Shown piece after piece: positions 25,985-28,648 of a stretch of DNA of 28,648 nucleotides. The stretch is from Elainellaceae cyanobacterium. Its GTDB lineage: Bacteria; Cyanobacteriota; Cyanobacteriia; CAZCXK01. The position numbers were made by a program, and so were the translations under genes. The stretch spans positions 1-28,648 of the forward strand of contig JBNPEG010000142.1 in NCBI GenBank assembly GCA_051117555.1, in the 5' to 3' direction. The notes below the pieces were generated by a model. It was not told the origin of the DNA and did not search any database. It worked only from the letters and a program-made list of their open reading frames with translations. How positions within the stretch are numbered: position 1 is the first letter of the stretch; each line of letters opens with the position of its first letter.

Positions 25985-27484
25985 TTAGACAGACATCCCC
26001 AGAGCATTAAACAGGTCACGAACGCTGCGATTGAGCGATCGCCCCATTTGAATATGGGCTTCATCGGGTTCGACGGGCAGAATATTGGCCTGCTTTCCAT
26101 GCCCTACGGTCTGAATCACAAGGTTTGCAGCCTCCAGCCCGGTGACCAACGCTTTTTCTTGCGACCACGACCCGTGACGATTGACAATCCAGTCACCGCT
26201 CATGAAAACATTTTCGAAGCTAGTGGTAGCAGGCAACAGATACCGATAACTACCGGGGGCAAAATGGCTGACGGCTTGAGGCAAGCGGATGACGCTGTGA
26301 TCGACGATCTGGGCGGTTTGAAAGGCGGGAACGCAGGTCGCTAGACAGCGCTGCACAATCGGCAACATCTCGGTGTCATCTAAGGCGAGAAACTGATTTG
26401 CGTGGTAAAAGTCGACTTCAACCACACTGCCCGTTTCCTCACGATAGTCGTCGTGGAGGGCATTGAGATCAAAGAATGTCCATCCGGTTGTGGGGTCGAA
26501 GCCAAAACACGCATTGGACGGGTGAGGAATCGAGATTTTACGGTCAAACCATAGGCGAGTCGCTAAAACGTCAATCGCGCCCAAATTGCTGACATTGCGA
26601 AACTCAGATCGACTGCGAAGCGTCGGGCTATTGGCAACGATTTTTTTCATACCTGTGATGCCTACGGCAAAAATAACCGCATCCGCTTCAAAAACCTCAT
26701 CCCCGCAGACAACACCCGTAACCTGATTGTCGTGCCCCAAGACCACATCGCTCACCCGTTTCTGAGCCAAGATTCGTCCACCTGCGGTTTCGATGCGCTC
26801 TGTCCAGGGTTGAAATATTTTCTCGCCCACCGTCCCCCGGCACCAGACCACATCAAAGTCGGGCTGATGCGCCAGGATGAAGTAATAGAGCATTCCCAAG
26901 GCGGCGGCGGCTGAGCACTGTTCTCCAGGAGCAAACAAGCCAACCAGCAGCATGGGTTCGAACGACTCTCGATAGAGGCGATCAGAGACGCCAAAGGTTT
27001 TAAACAGTTCGCGGGCAGTCACCGGATCGTAGCGTCGCCACGCATCGTCAGAATTATCAAAATCAAGCACCGCATAGAGCAAGGGCAGGGCAGATAGGCG
27101 ATCGCTCAGGGGAAGTCGTTTGAACTGCGTATATAAAAACGTGCCAAGAGGCGTTGGCAATCGTGGCATCTCTTGAAAAATCGGCGACTCGACCTCTAAC
27201 CCTGCCGGGGAATATTGAGACGAGCGGGTAAACGGCGTAAACGGATGGATGCCCAACTCATCTGTCAGGGCAAAGATGTTGCGGTAAGGATACCAAAAGC
27301 CGTGAATGCCCGCCTCGACGGAGCGCCCACCTGCCGTTTTCCAGCCTGCGACCAGCCCTCCTGGATAGGCTCCCGCTTCAAGCAGCGTCACGTCATACCC
27401 TTGGTTGGCAAGGTGATGAGCTGCGCCCAAACCTGCCCAACCTGCTCCAACAACTACAACCCGTGGCGATCGCACCTCTGTCAT
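25985..27484 (-). CDS. FAD-dependent oxidoreductase (amine oxidase / carotene desaturase / HpnE-like)
   Basis: VVVVGAGWAGL Rossmann motif, EAG...GG, EAGIHGFW and SGDW...SQEKA. Start is likely ATG 27484. Confidence 0.88.
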   Translation of the reverse strand: MTEVRSPRVVVVGAGWAGLGAAHHLANQGYDVTLLEAGAYPGGLVAGWKTAGGRSVEAGIHGFWYPYRNIFALTDELGIHPFTPFTRSSQYSPAGLEVESPIFQEMPRLPTPLGTFLYTQFKRLPLSDRLSALPLLYAVLDFDNSDDAWRRYDPVTARELFKTFGVSDRLYRESFEPMLLVGLFAPGEQCSAAAALGMLYYFILAHQPDFDVVWCRGTVGEKIFQPWTERIETAGGRILAQKRVSDVVLGHDNQVTGVVCGDEVFEADAVIFAVGITGMKKIVANSPTLRSRSEFRNVSNLGAIDVLATRLWFDRKISIPHPSNACFGFDPTTGWTFFDLNALHDDYREETGSVVEVDFYHANQFLALDDTEMLPIVQRCLATCVPAFQTAQIVDHSVIRLPQAVSHFAPGSYRYLLPATTSFENVFMSGDWIVNRHGSWSQEKALVTGLEAANLVIQTVGHGKQANILPVEPDEAHIQMGRSLNRSVRDLFNALGMSV

Positions 27485-27529
27485 CCTGGTTCGTCTAAAT
27501 ATCGACACCTTGCACTATTCATGGCTCGT

Positions 27530-28474
27530 TTACCGCTCGTATGAATAGATATCTCCGGCATAGTCAAACAGCGCTGCCGATTTCTCAGATAAACGCTGAA
27601 CATCAGACGAATCTAGCGTCCATGTCAATGATTCGGCGTTTTGCTTGATTTGTTCTCGATTGAGTGTCAGACCAGACACAATACAGGCCACCCCCGGCTG
27701 CTGCTTCAGCCAGTTCAGTGCGACTTGAGACACTGTTTTGTGATAAGCGTGGGCGATCTCCGAGAGAACATCCAGCAGATCTAAGACCGATTTCCAGCCG
27801 CCGTGGCGTTTGATCATGCTGCTGTAATAAAACGATCGCGCATGATCGGGCTCAAGCTTTGGATTGGCGACGCCTACATACTTATCAGACAAAAATCCTC
27901 CTGCCAGAGGCCCGTATGGCAGCAAACCAATATCATGCTGCTGACAAAAGGACTGCATGCGATTCTCAACACGGCGATCAATTAGGCTGTATTGCACTTG
28001 ATGGGTGCTTATCGGAGCATAATTTAGCGCTTTTTCGAGCATGGGCGTATCAAAATTTGTCACCCCAAGTCGACGAATCTTGCCTTCATCGAGCAAGTCT
28101 TTGAGCATAGCAAAGGTGGGCGCAAAATCAAGCTGGGGGTCATGCCAGTGAATTTGGATACAGTCGAGATAATCGCGCTTGAGGTTTCGCAATGAGGCTT
28201 CGACCTTATGACGCACGTGGGTCGGCGTCGGAGGGTTGCCCCAGAAAACGGCTTTGGTAAATACCTCGCAGTCTCGACCCTTGAGGATTCGTCCTAGCAT
28301 CTGTTCGCTGCGCCCATAAATATCAGCCGTGTCAAAGGCTATGATCCTCCTCGCCAGGTAGGTGTCGATCGCACGGGTAATATCGGATTCGGAGTGCGAT
28401 CGCCAACTGCGTTCATCTAGCTGCCAACAGCCAACTATTAACGGCCCTGGAAGAGGAGGAGATTGGTGAATCAT
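27530..28474 (-). CDS. Aldo/keto reductase
   Basis: GCWQ, FDTADIYG, TK, SLRNL..DYLD, GKIRRLGVTNF, QVQYSLIDR and YGPLAGGFL. Confidence 0.93.
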   Translation of the reverse strand: MIHQSPPLPGPLIVGCWQLDERSWRSHSESDITRAIDTYLARRIIAFDTADIYGRSEQMLGRILKGRDCEVFTKAVFWGNPPTPTHVRHKVEASLRNLKRDYLDCIQIHWHDPQLDFAPTFAMLKDLLDEGKIRRLGVTNFDTPMLEKALNYAPISTHQVQYSLIDRRVENRMQSFCQQHDIGLLPYGPLAGGFLSDKYVGVANPKLEPDHARSFYYSSMIKRHGGWKSVLDLLDVLSEIAHAYHKTVSQVALNWLKQQPGVACIVSGLTLNREQIKQNAESLTWTLDSSDVQRLSEKSAALFDYAGDIYSYER

Positions 28475-28625
28475 GCGTATGCCGATGCTCTTATTAGCAA
28501 ATGGACCAGTCTAATTGTAATCAGATTGCAAACAATGGTTCTGACGCTTCTCTAATTGTCTATTTTCTATTTCCAAGTAATTTGTAGGCTCACCTGCCTC
28601 ATTCTCAAATTTCATAACTGGTTTA

Positions 28626-28648
28626 TATAGCCTTACGGGCTCAGGTTT
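28626..28648 (+). mobile_element. Left end of another TATAGCC MITE-like copy, cut by the window edge
   Basis: TATAGCCTTACGGGCTCAGG matches the left ends of copies A and B. Confidence 0.55.

Larger units (their letters stand above)
1067..28404. repeat. HIP1 octamer GCGATCGC dispersed throughout (roughly 40 copies by eye)
   Basis: Examples at 1067 and 2605, with many more. Fewer than 1 copy is expected by chance. A cyanobacterial hallmark. Confidence 0.95.

Overview
A cyanobacterial chromosomal window. The evidence is roughly 40 copies of the HIP1 octamer GCGATCGC, plus psaK, petG, cytM and an EF-hand-fused transaldolase. It is mostly core or housekeeping genes: tal, a Zn metallopeptidase, psaK, a HAD phosphatase, pyroglutamyl peptidase, hisH-rsmD, petG/cytM, an MBL-fold protein, a site-2 protease, thrC, two GT4 glycosyltransferases, a TPR protein, an FAD oxidoreductase and an aldo/keto reductase. 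Two short genes are missing from the ORF track: petG (7948-8061) and a 34-aa ORF (4602-4706). I see no tRNA, rRNA, CRISPR array or transposase. Four signals stand out. (1) A 558-aa internally duplicated protein combines a MazG-like N-terminal segment with four KGK-like units and paired DDCxxC motifs. (2) An orphan lipoprotein has PilP-like architecture. (3) A membrane/coiled-coil/TPR protein carries an apparently dead PLD-like domain. (4) The intergenic DNA holds modular miniature repeats: ~90-bp TATAGC-ended MITE-like shells with different hairpin cargo, and a REP-like repeat present once empty and once with a 27-bp insert. All family assignments come from motif recognition by eye, not from database searches.
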